Shown: piece by piece, positions 13,616 to 26,768 of the stretch
Layout of the letters: every line of letters begins with the position of its first letter
How positions within the stretch are numbered: position 1 is the stretch's first letter
NCBI GenBank assembly: GCA_029717555.1
Contig: JAMDHS010000005.1
Coordinates: 186,001 to 250,000, forward strand
DNA from: Peribolospora baueri
Lineage: Eukaryota
Length of the DNA: 64,000 nt
Direction of reading: 5' to 3'
Translations under genes and position numbers: made by a program
The notes under the pieces: generated by a model
Database searches by the model: none
Seen by the model: only the letters and a program-made list of their open reading frames with translations
What the model was told of the DNA's origin: nothing

Positions 13616-14264
13616 GAGATGAAGGAAAGACTAGAAAGGCATGCGCGCCGAAACCCGACTCGGACGAGCGAGAGCGGTAAGGCAGACGGACAGACAGACA
13701 GACAGACAAAGAAAGAGGGGCGCGTGACGGATGGACGTGATGGATAAGAAGGGGGAGGGCGCGGAGAGAGACACAGGCAAACGGACGCCATCTGAAGGAC
13801 CAGTGGTTCGTCCGCGACGCCCATAACGGGAAGGATGGAGCGCACATTCGAACAAGGGTCAAGAAGACACGATGAAGAACGCTTCCATTGGTTAGGTCGC
13901 TAAGAGAAAGGCTAGCGGCGGTCGATTGGGTAAGGTAGGTCCGGCAAGGCTCAATCATGATGGTTCACTCGACGACGGCACAAAAAGCGACATCTCGCGG
14001 CGAAGCGGCCGGCCGAGTGAGAGCGAGAGCGAAGGCGAAGGAAGGCGCAGGTGAAGTCGTAGGCAAAGGGGACACAAGGTCAAGGTACTGAAACGAACCA
14101 CCGAAAACCACCCACGCCGACCATGAACACGTTCCACCAGACAAGCAGCACGAACGAACGGACACCGCCGCACTCTCGCAAAATCCAACGACTCCAGCCT
14201 TCCCCGCCGACTCGAACAACCATCCTCACACCCGCACACGTCCCATGGCCTTCCCCACCTCCCT

Positions 14265-17200
14265 TCAAACAGCTGGGACTACTCCTTCTCTCACCGCCCT
14301 CGCCCCTTCGTCCACCGCATCATCCTCAGCCTCGATGTGCTCCGTCGTCGCACCAGGTACACCCGCAGCCGCCGCCGCTCCTCCGCCCACTTTCTTCCCG
14401 CACCCTCCGTCCGGGCCGACCACCTCGGCTGCGGCGGTGGCGGGCTTGTCGCCATGTCGAGTCGCCTCGTCCGACGGCGGAGTCGTGCTGCTGCGCCCGC
14501 CGTCCTCGCCGTTGCCGTCGCCATTCGGCTCGGCTGCGGTGGCTGCGGTGGCTGCGCACGCGCCGTCCTCGTCATCGACGCCCGCGCTGGTGTTGGCAGC
14601 CGCACCGGGGCTGGAAATGGAAATGGAAGGAGAGCTGCCCTGGGCATGAGATGCAGCGACGGCATCCCCATCACCGTCGCCCAACGTCGTTCGTCCAGTC
14701 GTCTGGATACCGGTGCAGGCGGCAGGCGCAACCGGCGGCGTGTCTCGGCGCGACAGGTTGCCCGCCGCCGCGGCCTCAGGCGTGCTCGCTCCCGTGGTGG
14801 ACAACAGCTGCTCCCGGGCCGAGGCGGGCACTCCGGCATTCAAGATCACCTCCGCACCGGGAGACGTCGCGGCGGCCGCGGCGTCAGTGGCGGACGTGTC
14901 AGGGACGGGGCTCGAAGAGGCGAGCACTTGAGGGGAGGAATTGGAAGCGCCGCCGATGTCGGCTTGTGGTGGCAACGACGTGGGCGGTTCTGCAGCTGTG
15001 GACGCGGACAGCTCCGAGGGAGTCAAGAGAGGCCTTCTCACGTCCGTTGCGCTTACCCCTCCTCCGCCTACGCTGGCGCTCGCGTCGACGAGCCCGACCG
15101 TCGTGCTACTGATGACACTGGAGGAATCGTCCAAGGGCATGTACCCCTGTGAACTCAGCGACGGTTGCATGTCGGACGAGGACAAGCCCGAGGATTGGAA
15201 AAGCTCTTCAGCAGAAGCGGCGGAGGGAACAGAGGCAGAGGTCGTCAGCACGGGTGCGGTAGTAGGCGCCGAGTCGGACGGCGCACCGATCGTGACTGGT
15301 GCTGTCGATGACGAGGCCGCCGCACTGGCGTGACGCGTCTCAGGCAATGGAGCAGACGGAGCGGGCGGCTCTGGTTCTGCGGAGTTGGTCCTAGGAGTCG
15401 ACGTCTGCGTTTCTGCAATGGGCGCCAGAGCAGGCTCGGCTCGAGACTGAGCATCGCTCGCGCTTCGTCCAACGTCGTCATGAGCGGCCACAGCGGCGGG
15501 TGTCGCGGTCGCGGTCGTGGCAGTCGTAGACTCGTCATCCCCAGTGGCACTCGAGGCACCACCTTCCTGTTCTCCTCGCTCGGCGGCCTGTCTTCGCTGC
15601 GCCTCCTCGTGTTCCAAAAGGCTGAGGCGCATGGCCTCCATGACCATCAACTGCGGTACGAAGAAGACGCCGAGTCCGTCAACACACTCCCACGGCCGGT
15701 CCCCGCCCAGGTCAAGGGCGCGGCCACAGACGCACACGTCCATTTCGCTCGGGACTGGGACGGGAATGGGAACAAAAGGCGCTCACCTCCTCCATGTCCT
15801 GCCCCATACCCAGGCTGTTCAAATAATTGGCCAGCTCCATGTTCCGCCTCCTCATCGCCCTTCTCTGTTCCCTAGTCGTCCCGCCTCCCTCGCCCTCCAT
15901 ACCTCCACCGTGTGCGTTCCCAGGTCCGCTACCGCCCGCCTCTGTACCGTCTCCGATGATAAGCGCCATCCCACCTTCGCCCGCCCCCGCGCCGCCAAGA
16001 CCGCGCCCAGAGGAGATGCCAATAGGAATGAGCCGGTCGCCCACTTGACGCATGATGATCCGTCGGTTGGCACGCCGAGCTTGTGCGGCTCGCACCGCCG
16101 CCAACTTGGCTTCCCAATCTGGACGGATTTGGTCTGTAGTCAATCCGATCGAGGAAGGAAGAATACAGTTGGTAGAAGAGCAAAGTTGGATGGAGACGAA
16201 CGGGAAACAATTAAAGAGATCGGAGCTCAGCGTTTAGCCGACGCAGATGAATGATCGCGGAGAGATCGCTCGTAGTCGAGGAAAGGAACAGATGAGGAGA
16301 CGACGACTAACCGGTTGTGACGACCTCAGGATCCGTGTAACCGAAACTCTTCCTCCTCGGTTTGCCGCTAAAACTCCCAGGCTCGGGCGTAGCACCGGAA
16401 TCGGGGTGTCCGCCGCCGCCGCTGCCGACGGAGCTCCCGCCAGGACTACTGGCCTGCTGAGCGGCGAACCTGCCCATGCTGCCCGAGCCAGGACTGGCCG
16501 GGTCGGGAGAGGCGGTGGAACTGTGCCCGTACCCGTGTCCATGCGGCCCGTGTCCGGAGTGATGGGCGCCGATCCCGGCGCGGAAGGGAGGCGGGTGGTA
16601 GGTGACGCCAAAGTTGGACTCGACGCAGAAGGGACAGGCGGCCGGTTCGGAGGTGGGCGGGTTGGTGTTTGTTGGATCGGCCCGCTTGATCTGGACGAAG
16701 CACTCTGTGCAAATCGGTTGGTCGCAGCAGCGGGAGTGATTGATGTTGGGCGGGTAATACTGGAGAAGAAGACATGTGTACAGAGAGCGCAAGTCGAAGG
16801 AAGGAATGAGGGGGGGACAGAGGAAACGAAGACGGAGGGAGGAGGATGATCGCCGAGACGCTCACCAAGAAGCAAATCGGACAGTCCACCGCTCCTCTGT
16901 ACACCTGCGCCTCGAGCATGAGCTGCTGACTGCGGCTGTGATGGTCGCCCCTGGACTTCGATCCTCCGAGAAGCGCGGTGGCAGACTTGACGGGCGCCTT
17001 GCCGAGCCTGCTGCCTACACCGCCCGCGGACCCGCTCTCTTGCTCGACATGCGCATGAGACGAGGCGGTGGCCGCTCCAGAAGACGCACTGGCGGCAGCA
17101 GAGGAGGAAGTGGCCGAAGAGAGGCGCTCGCCATTCTTGACCCGCAGCAGCATGTCGTCGTCCCAAGCCTCGTCATAGTCAGAGAGGCCCTTGTAGAAGG

Positions 17201-17339
17201 GGGCGAGCTTGCGCGCGATGATCAGGTTGCGCACCACCTCGTGGTCGTAGTCCTGAGGGCCCGTGTAGACGCCCTGAGGCACAAGCGCTCCGCCGTCGAC
17301 AGTGTCGTCGAGCTTTTCCTTGCCGGAGGCGTTGCCCAT
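14265..17339 (-). CDS. SIP5: Sip5-family protein (Snf1/Reg1-interacting, RING-like Zn finger)
   Basis: Myristoylation-type start MGNASG. Motifs [73 protein letters not shown] and a UIM-like [11 protein letters not shown]. Long disordered tail. Confidence 0.92.
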
Positions 17340-20163
17340 GGTGGAACCGATGTGTGGTCACGGGCGGGTATCGACGATGGAGGTGGCGGGGCGGGGAAGC
17401 GAGAGGGAGATGAGGCAAAAGCGGACTAGAATGGTCTATGAGGATCTTGGCTGATGGAGCGGGCCGTCCGGGCAGTGCAGAGGGGTGGAAAAGAGAAAGA
17501 GAACAAAGGGCGGCAGGTGGAGGGGGGAGACGACAGGCGAGGAGGACTGGCGATTACGCACCGCTCATTGGAAGGCGCTGGTTCGTGTGATACGACGATC
17601 GATCGCCGGGCGCCCTCCACTCGGTCACCGCGTCACGGCCGAAGAAAGGGGAACACGACGATGGAGGGCAGAGAAGAGAGAAGGGAACGAAGATAGGGAA
17701 GAAGGCGAGGAGGAGAATGCAAGACAGCCACGGCAAGAGGTGGTAGCGAAGGGAAGACGAGGTGGGCAGGTCGTTCAACTAACTGGTCCGGGTCAGACAG
17801 ACGAGACGAGATCTCGAGCGTGACCCAGGATGGGACGGATGCGGGCGAGCTCTCCACCGCGTATCCCCGCTCTAACGCCGCCCTGTCCGCTCTTGCGTCG
17901 CCGCAGACGCTGACTTAGTCCGTCCAGGCCTCGCGCAGGTTCATCATCGTCGCCGTCTCGGTCAAGCAACGCTCGAATCGCAGGTTTCCTTACTTTCGAA
18001 TCCGTCTATCGAGAAGATGACGTTCCTGCTCCCGGATTCGGTGCAAGCTGGACGCAGGTCTTCTGATCCCTGGGCCGGCCAGGGCGAGGAGCGGCTGCTA
18101 GCTGCCGAAAGAAGATGTCCACCTTTTAGATATTTTCCTATTCATCCAGAAGTATATAAGGTGGGGCTATTCTTCTACGTATTGCGCGGGGCAGGGTTGG
18201 ATGATCTTTTTTTCGGTGGTCTCTAGTGATTTAGATCGGACCTCCTGGTTCAACCCACAAGGCGACTTCCTGTGTGTCTGCTTCCTCGTTCAGCCGGCTA
18301 TCCTTCCTTCCTTTCTTTCTTGTCTTTACCACCAGCTCTTCACGCCGTTCTCGTCCCTGCTACCTGTTCTTTTCTCCTATAAGGGAGAAGAGGAAGAGGC
18401 CAGCGAGCGGACAAAGGCGGTGACAAACCGTATGCCCATCTCCCCTCCTGTCAGCTCAACCGAGGAGGGGAGCGGTGCACGCGCTGGGAGAGCGAGGCAC
18501 GAAGAGTTTCCAGAGAGGCATCCCCCTCGACCAGGCCATGAGGGTTTCCCTTCCCGGACCGGACGCTTGATGTCTTTCGTACAGCTCGTCTTTCTTCTTT
18601 CTTTTCTTTGCGCTTTCCTCCGTTCCGTATAACCATGACCTTATTTCCATGTCGCGCCACGTTGACCTCCCGTCTTGAACTGACATGAAATGAACGAACG
18701 ACTGGACGATGGCACGAGCGCGTGCGCCTTTATATTATGGAATCATGACACTCCAGCATCTGAGTCTTTGCCATCGCTCTGACTTCCAGAAGCCACTTGT
18801 TCCACGGCGGACGGTTTTCCTCTGTTTCCCATTTCCGTTCATCCCGGGCTCGGGCAGGCGAACGGCTGTACATCCCTCCGACAGCTCGTCGCTCCCCCTC
18901 GATCCGAAAAGGGAGGCCCGGCACTTGTGGGAATTGCCTTGGTTCGCCTGTGCGTCCCGTCGTCGTCGTCGTCCCACCACAGGGCCAGAGGTCGTGTCGA
19001 CTGAGAGGAAGACGGCACAACGATGGAATTGGTCGCGTTCTCACCGCGGCTGGCCTCTTTGCCTGCTCTCAAGTCGAGCAAGCCATGCTGCAGGCCTGTA
19101 GATAGCGGAATAGCGGCGAAGTAAACGAAAGCGGAGCTTGATGATGAATATCAGACAGTCTCTTTCTTCATCCCTGCCTGCCGGTCCGAGGTCGCCTCTC
19201 GCCTCGCCTCGCCCCGGCTGTCTTTTTCTTTCCAGGGCTGTGTTCACACGAAGTAGCCCATGCTCACGATCGTCGTGACGAGCAGCCTGCCGTTGGGCAT
19301 CTGGACAGCTCGTTGCCCATGGCATCCCGTGCGCAGATGGTGGACGAGATGGCGTTGGAAGGAGGGGCGCGGAGCGGGGCAGATGCCTGCCTGGCTATGC
19401 TGCACTCTTGCACTTCCGACCGATCCGACGGGGGCGAGGCGCGAGCGCGGGCGTTGGGATCGGTTTCAGGTTGCGTCACGGGCGCTCGTCGTCGGGTCCT
19501 TGCCGGATTGGGATGAGATGAGCGACGAGGGATGGCACAGGTTCATTCATCCTCCCCATCGCGGATCGCGGGCCGACGGACGGTCTGAGCAGAGCAGTCC
19601 TACACATATCGCAATCGCAGTCCACACGACCGACGCGCTCCACCTCGGTCTCTCCCCCGCATCCGCTCGCATCGCCGCTCGGCCCCCTCTTTAGGCGCCG
19701 AGAACGTCGCGCCCTTCCAGTGATCCGTACGAAACCGATGCCGCGCAGGATGCTTCAGGAGTAGACTGCTGCTATCTACAGGTCAGGCACACCAACGCTG
19801 ATAACTAGCTGCCCTCTGCCCTCTCTCGTCCGCCCACCCCACGCGGAGACTCGCCAAGCCAAGCACGACTTGCACGTGTCGGACGAAACTCTCCAGGTCA
19901 AGATCAAGGTCAAGGTCAAGGTTAAGGTCAAGGACACGGTACAAATCGCTTTTCCCTCTTCCGTCCATCAGACGTGCCCCGTCCGCCATCTGTCTTCTCT
20001 CGGGACCCCGCCTCCTCCTCTTCCTACCCCCTGCTCCTCTCTCCGCCCTCTCCCTCACCCCATCTGCCGCGGCGATTGACGGCAGGCGGACGACACGACC
20101 GCCCACATCGAGCGGATCGAACGATTCGACCCCCACTTGAGCGAGCCGCCGCCGACCGCCTGG

Positions 20164-23100
20164 ATGGCGCCTTCGTTGGGCGTCTTGGGTCGCCCAGAAT
20201 GGGTGAAGAGGGCGGGGTGAGTGGACGGGCGGGTCTCGTGGCCGCTAGGCTCGTGACGACGACGACCAGCGCATCAATGGATGGATGGATGGATGAATGG
20301 TGGACTGACCGACTCTTTTCTGTTCTGCATTCGCACCTCGCCCGCTGTTTTCGATGCATCTCGCAGCGCTGCGCCGTCAGGGATCATCCAAGGCTTGGAC
20401 CCTACCGAAGTCGATCCGAGTGATGTGCGCGCCCTCGTCCTCTCCTCCGTCTTACGCGCTCACCTGCCAAGCGTCGGGCCTGACCCTCCTCCTCCTCCCC
20501 TACGCTAAACGCAGCCCATCCTCCTCTTCATCATTCAAGCGTGCGTTCTTCGCTCATCTTGGGCGCAGCCTCGCACTGTCTGACAACTCACTCGAACCCT
20601 TTCGCTCGTCCTTCTCTCAGCGGCATCATCATCATCGTCACCCGCCTGCTCGGCTTGCTCCTCTCCCGCCTCCGCCAGCCGCGCGTCATCGCCGAGGTCA
20701 TCGGCGGCATCCTTCTCGGCCCCACCGTCATGGGTCACGTCCCCGGCTTCACCCAGCACATTTTCCCCTCGCCTTCGTTGCCCTACCTCAACCTTGTTTC
20801 CTCCCTCGGTCTCGTCCTCTTCCTCTTCCTCGTCGGCGTCGAGACCGACCTTCGCGTCATCCGTCGGTGCGCCTTCCAGAGCCTCTCTGTCAGCCTCGCC
20901 GGCATGGTCATCCCCTTCGGACTGGGCGCCGCTGTCAGCGTGGGCATCTACGACCAGTTCATCAACAAGGACTCGGTCAGCTTTGGCATCTTCCTCCTCT
21001 TCACCGGCGTCGCCATGGCCATCACCGCCTTCCCCGTCCTCGCTCGCATCCTCACCGAGCTCAAGCTCCTTCAGACCGACGTCGGCGTCCTCGTCCTCGC
21101 CGCCGGAGTGGGCAACGATGTCGTCGGCTGGATCCTCCTCGCCCTTACCGTTGCCCTCGTCAACGCGGCCACAGGTCTCACTGCCCTATGGGTTCTCCTC
21201 TGCGCCGTCGCATGGACTCTTGTCCTTTTCTTCATCATCAAACCTGTCTTCCTTTGGTTGGCCAGGAGGGGCGGCAGCTTCGACAATGGCCCCACGCAGA
21301 GCATGATCACCCTCACCCTGCTCCTCGTCCTCATCAGTGCCTGGGTCACCGATGTGATCGGTAAGCCAGTCGACTTATCCCATCTGTCGCGCACACGGTC
21401 CGTCTCGTCTCGTCTCGTCGAGCTCACTTCGTCATCGTCCTCTCGCTCGTCCCTGCAGGTGTGCACCCGATTTTCGGAGCTTTCCTCGTCGGTCTCATCA
21501 TCCCTCACGAGAAAGGCTTCGCCGTCGCCGTCACTGAAAGGTTTGAGGATCTCGTGTCGATCGTCTTCTTGCCCTTGGTGCGTATCCCCTCTATTGTTGG
21601 ACACGCGACGGATGGCTTTTCCAACGTTTCTCGCTCCTCACCGCTGCAACTGCTCGTTTCCCTTACTCCCCGTTTGATCACGGTCCTCCCGGACAGTACT
21701 TTGCTCTTTCCGGTCTCAAGACGAACCTCGGCTCGCTCAACACGGGCACTATTTGGGGCTATACCGTCCTGATCATCGTTCTCGCCTTCGTCGGCAAGCT
21801 CGGCGGCTGCGCCAGCACGGCCAAACTCGTGGGCTTCAGTTGGCGGGAAAGCGCGACGATCGGCACCCTTATGAGCTGCAAGGGCCTCGTGGAGCTCATC
21901 GTGCTCAACGTCGGCCTGAGCGCCGGAATCCTGGACACGCGCGTCTTCTCCATGTTCGTCGTCATGGCCCTCGTCTCCACCTGCATCACCACCCCACTCA
22001 CCCTCTTCCTTTATCCGGCCAAGCACCGCAAGCTCAACAGATCGAAAACGCTGGAGAGGGACGGTCATGTCCTTAGCACCGGCGTCATCGAGGAGGACGA
22101 GAAGATGCGCGACGACGACGACGACGACGATGACGACGCAGACGCGGCGGCGGCGGGCGACGCTTCGTCCTCTGTTACGAAGAGGCTCCTGGTCGTGTTG
22201 AGTAGGATGGAACATCTACCGGCACTGATGACCTTTGTCCAGCTTTTGCACCCCCCTTACGCTCCGCCTCCGCCTCCTCCTCCGACGACCCGCGCGCACG
22301 AGTCCAGCAAGCCTGGTGGCGAGACTCTGAGACGTCGCGAGGGCCGGTCGTCGACAGAAAAGGAAAGGGAGAAGGAGAAGGAGAAGCAGGGTGCGGTCGG
22401 AGAGGAGCGGCTGGTGTCGACCTTGGCCGTCACCGCCTCACGTTCCATCGGCCCGTCCTTGGCGGTGGACGCACTCCGATTGATCGAGCTGACGGAGCGG
22501 ACGTCAGCGGTCATGAAGGTGTCCGAGTCGGAGGAGACGATGCGCTCCGACCCGGTAATCAACGTCTTCCGTACTTTTGGCCAGCTCAACCACGTCCCCG
22601 TGCGTTCCAGCATGGCCATCGTCAGCACGGACGAGTTTGGCGACATTGTCTGCGGTCGCGCCAGAGAACAGGCTTCCGACCTTGTCGTCTTGCCCTGGAT
22701 CTTGCCCCCTCAAGGGTACGGCCACGGCGCCGGCGCCGGCGTCGTTAGCCCCATGTCGCCCTATGACGACGCGCCGGCGAGGACTCCGGGGGCGAGGACG
22801 CCGGGCGCAACGTCGCCATACATCCCCAACCCCTTCGAGAGTATCTTCGGCTCTGCCGTCGGACGAGGCGGCGGCGCCGACCACCACCACCATCACCATC
22901 CCACCGGACCTCAGCAGGCGCAGTTCGTCAGGAGGGTGTTTGCGGAAAGCCCTTCGAACGTCGGCGTGAGTCTCTCTCTACCCAGTATGCTTCCGGCTTC
23001 GGGGACTGGAGAGGCTGTCGCGGTCCGTTGGTTGACCACTGTTCCTGCCTGTTTTGATTCTGTCCTCGCAAACAGCTTTACCTCGAAGGTCCCGGCTCGT

Positions 23101-24265
23101 TCGATTTGGCCTCGCCCGGCGGGCAGCACGTCTTCTTCGCTTTTTTTGGCGGCCCGGACGAGTGAGTTTCCGTTCCTTCGTTTTCGACAGATGTCGTTCA
23201 CTCACCCGTCCTGGCCTTTGACTTTTTCCCGCTCGCTCGTAGCCGCGCCGCATTGGAGCTAGTCGTACACCTCTGCACGGTCAACGTGATGGCGACGGCC
23301 ACCATCGTGCGCATCTCGCGCTCCGTCGACGAGGACGACGACGCGGCTTCGCTCCTCGATGAGAAGAAGCTCCTCGCTCGGCTGCCGCTTCCCGCTCGTG
23401 CTGCCTTTGGCGCTGCGCCGTCGTCGGGCGTCGATACGTATCATCATGGTACGTACGTCGCCGTGTCGCCGTTTCTTGTTTCGTCTCATCGCTTTTCCGG
23501 TGGTTGGCGCTGACGGACGTCGCATTGGTCGCTCACTCGGCAGCCGACACCGTTCGTTCGGCCACAGCGCAAGACGTGCCGCCGACGTTTATGCCTCAGA
23601 CGACGGAGACGCGCCTGCAGTCGGACATGGAGGATGACCTGGCGTTCGCCATGTACTTTGGCTCTTCCTCGCCCACCCCGTCCCCCTCCCCTTCGCCCGC
23701 TCACCCCCCTCCTACGCAGTCAGCGCTGAGCCGGATCGAGGTGCGGACGGTGTCGACGCGCACGCCCCTACGCACCCTCGTCGACGAGGCCAAGGCGACG
23801 GCCTCAGCCCGACCTGAGGGCGGATTCCCGCGCTCGCTCCTCGTCCTCCTCGGCAGAGGCCGACGGCTACCGGCGTTCACGCACCGCGAGGAGATGCTCA
23901 AGCTGCTTAAGGAGTCGGCCCTATACCAACGCGACCGCGATCGCGACCGGGACCGACATCACCACGGCCCGCACTCGGCCGCCGCCGCCCTCCTCGCGGG
24001 AGGACCGAGCACGGGTCCGGGCACTTCCGGCGGTGTCACCCCGGCGCCGCTCACGGCTGACCCGCGCCTTCAACAACAACAGCAGCAGCAGCAGGCGTCG
24101 CCACCGCCCGATTTTTCAAACGTGTCGAGCGAGTTTAGGAAGACGGTGGGCGACGCGGCGGCCGTCGTGGTCGCCTCTGGCATCAGGGCCGGCTTGCTCG
24201 TCGTACAGACTGGCGCAGACGCGTCGACGACAGCGGCGGACGCACAAGTCAAGAAGGCAGCATGA
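20164..24265 (+). CDS. KHA1: K+/H+ antiporter (CPA2 family, Kha1/CHX-like), multi-exon
   Basis: Spliced N-terminus [30 protein letters not shown]...|PILLFIIQA| stays in frame. Motifs [80 protein letters not shown] and FFGGPD|DRAALE. Confidence 0.93.
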
Positions 24266-26299
24266 AGGGGCAGGGCGCAGGAGCAGATAGATACGTAGTT
24301 GTGGTCGGCGTCGTCGCTTGCGCACCAGTACACATAGATAGTACCATGCTTTTTTCTTGTTTTTCTTGTTTTTCTTTACGGCCCCTTTCGTATTCGCTGT
24401 CGGCACACGACCACACTCTATTCTCTCTCCCCTCTCCTCTCCAAAGGATTTTTTTCTTCTTTTCTTCTTCCCCATTTTTTTAGGCGCCTAACCCTAACGC
24501 TCTGCGATGCTGTGCTAGGTTCTTGCAACGAACGACGTTTCGAAAACGGGCGACACGAGGAGACGTACATGACATCCGGCGAGGAGAGAGAGATAGAGAG
24601 AGAAAAACAGAAAAAACATGTCCAGCAGATCTGACACCCGAAGCGTCTTGGAGAAAAAAAGCCAGACGCACCCTCACCAAGACGGGAGGGACGTGGTCTG
24701 GCCGTTGGGAAGACGAGCGTCGGGTTCTATGTAATGCTGGAATTTAAGATATCGATATCGGCACTTGGAGGTCGCGACATGGCGAAGGCTCCGAATCCTG
24801 CCCTCGCCGTGGGAAGGATGGCAAGCGCAGACTGTCGTGTGCCGGATGAGTGGGAAAAAAGAAAGAAAGAAAGGAAGGAAGGAAGGAAGGAGGAAAGAGG
24901 ACGAGGTATCGATGCGAACGAGCCGAACGAACCGAAGCGAGGCAGCATGGGAGGAGAAACATCGTGCGTCTTTCGTGGGACTCGCTGGCTGTCTCTACCG
25001 AGCACGTCACGTCATCGCCGACGGAGTGGCTGGCGACCGGCGCTGGCGACTGTTCCTTTCACGTGCTGGGAGAGGTGGATGAGGAAGGAGGGAAGGACGA
25101 GCGAGGCGAGAAGAGAAGTGAAGAGAGGAAGAGCGCGCAAAGGTGCTGCGGTAATACAACCCTAACCCTACTCGCCCACGATCATTTCTTCCTTCCTTCC
25201 TTCCTTCCTCGTCTGCTTGCCTCACGTCTCGGCAGTCCGTCGGGCGAGTGTGCGGACGTCGTGCGAAGGGCCCGCTGGCGATGCGATGCGAGGCTGGGGC
25301 GAAAAAAAAAGCATGATCGTGTTGGCAGTTGCTGGCTGGCTGGATTGGCGGTGGGAATGTGCGAATGTGGGAATGTGATGTCGTGTTTACGTACTTCCTA
25401 CCTCACCCGGCGGCTGTTGGCGCGGATCTGTCTGCCTGATCTGATCTTGCTGATCTTTCTGCGAGCCTGCCTCGATAATGTTTCTTCGCTGCTAATGCTT
25501 ATTGCTTATGTAGTCCGTTCATCCATCCGTCCTTCCGTCCTTCCGTCGTCGGACTGACCGTTGGCCCCGACCGAGTTCGAGTGGACCTCGCCGTTTAGCT
25601 TGTCGTGCCTGGCGTTCTCTTCCACTCCCACTCCCACTCCCATCCCTCCCTCCTTCGCCACTTCTCCCGCCGTCATCCATTTACAACTCCCTCCTCCTCC
25701 CGCTTCCGCCTCCGCCGCCGTCCCCAGCCGAGCCCTCGCGGCCGGCTTCTTGCTTCTCTTCCTCCATCCTCGTCCCCCACCTACTCCTCCTCCCTTCACC
25801 ACACCACCCGAACCTGGCACCGACGACAGACAGACCGTGTGTGAACTTAGAGCGCTCGGCCCGCCGACGAACGAAACGGGAACGACGCTCGTCGTGCCCC
25901 TCGCCTTCCTTTCCCCTCGCACGACCCGACGAGGAGCGCTCCACTCCTCCTCCCGCTCCATCCCAAAAGTATCTTGCCGCCGCCCCCTTAAAAGAGCACA
26001 GCACAGCACCGGTCAGGTCAGATCAGATCAGGTCGTCCGACGATCGAATCGAATCGAATCGAACGAGGCCCGTCTCCGTCTCCCTCTCTCTCCGTCTACC
26101 CCCTCGCCCCCGGCAAGGGCTCCAACGACGGACGGCGACCCAGGCGCCCCGTCCCTTTTGCTCGCCTCACATCTCCTTTTCGACTTCAGACCCCCCCTCC
26201 CGGGCCTCTATTTCCCCCGTCCTCCGTTCCATCTTCCGTCAAGCTCAAGCTCAAGCTCTGGCTCTGGCTCTGGCTCTTGGGACCATCTTTCCGCCTTAG

Positions 26300-26639
26300 G
26301 TGAGTTCGAGTTGGAACGGAGGAAGGAAGGATGGACCGACGGACGACAACGATCGGCGCCACCGTCGGTCGCACGTCTCACGTCTCGACGCCGGCGCCGA
26401 CACTCCCACCGCATCCAGAATTCTTCGTTTCGCCGCGCCCACCAGTGGGTCGACTCGCTCGCTCACGTCCGGCGCCCCTCCTCGTCTCGTCCAGGTTCGC
26501 AACAACTGGCTTGTTCTTCCGCTCCTCTTCCCTCCACACCTCCATCCTCCGCTCCCTCCACTGCCCGCCCGTCCTCGCATCGCCCGCATCTCTGTATCCT
26601 GTCTTGTCGTCCATCGACGCTCTCCTCGTCCCTTCGTAG
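26300..26639 (+). other. Probable 5' UTR intron of the 26769-30746 gene
   Basis: Canonical donor AG|GTGAGT at 26300 and a pyrimidine-rich TAG acceptor at 26639. No canonical CTGAC branch site was seen, so the 3' boundary is uncertain. Confidence 0.5.
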
Positions 26640-26768
26640 GCTTTTCCTCCTCTCCGTCCTCTCCTCCGTCTCAGCTCCTTCGCAACATTCCTCCCACTCG
26701 GCCACCCCTCCCCTCGAGCGCTCTACCAGAAAAACCACGCCCTCAGCCCCTCGTCCCCGCCCGCCAAC

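Noticed and set aside
19138..19300. ATGATGA box-C-like motif (possible snoRNA)
   Set aside because: No CTGA box D or terminal stem at a suitable distance, and no recognisable rRNA complementarity.
24487..25170. Two short CCCTAA telomere-like doublets (~24487, ~25158)
   Set aside because: They are too short to distinguish from chance.
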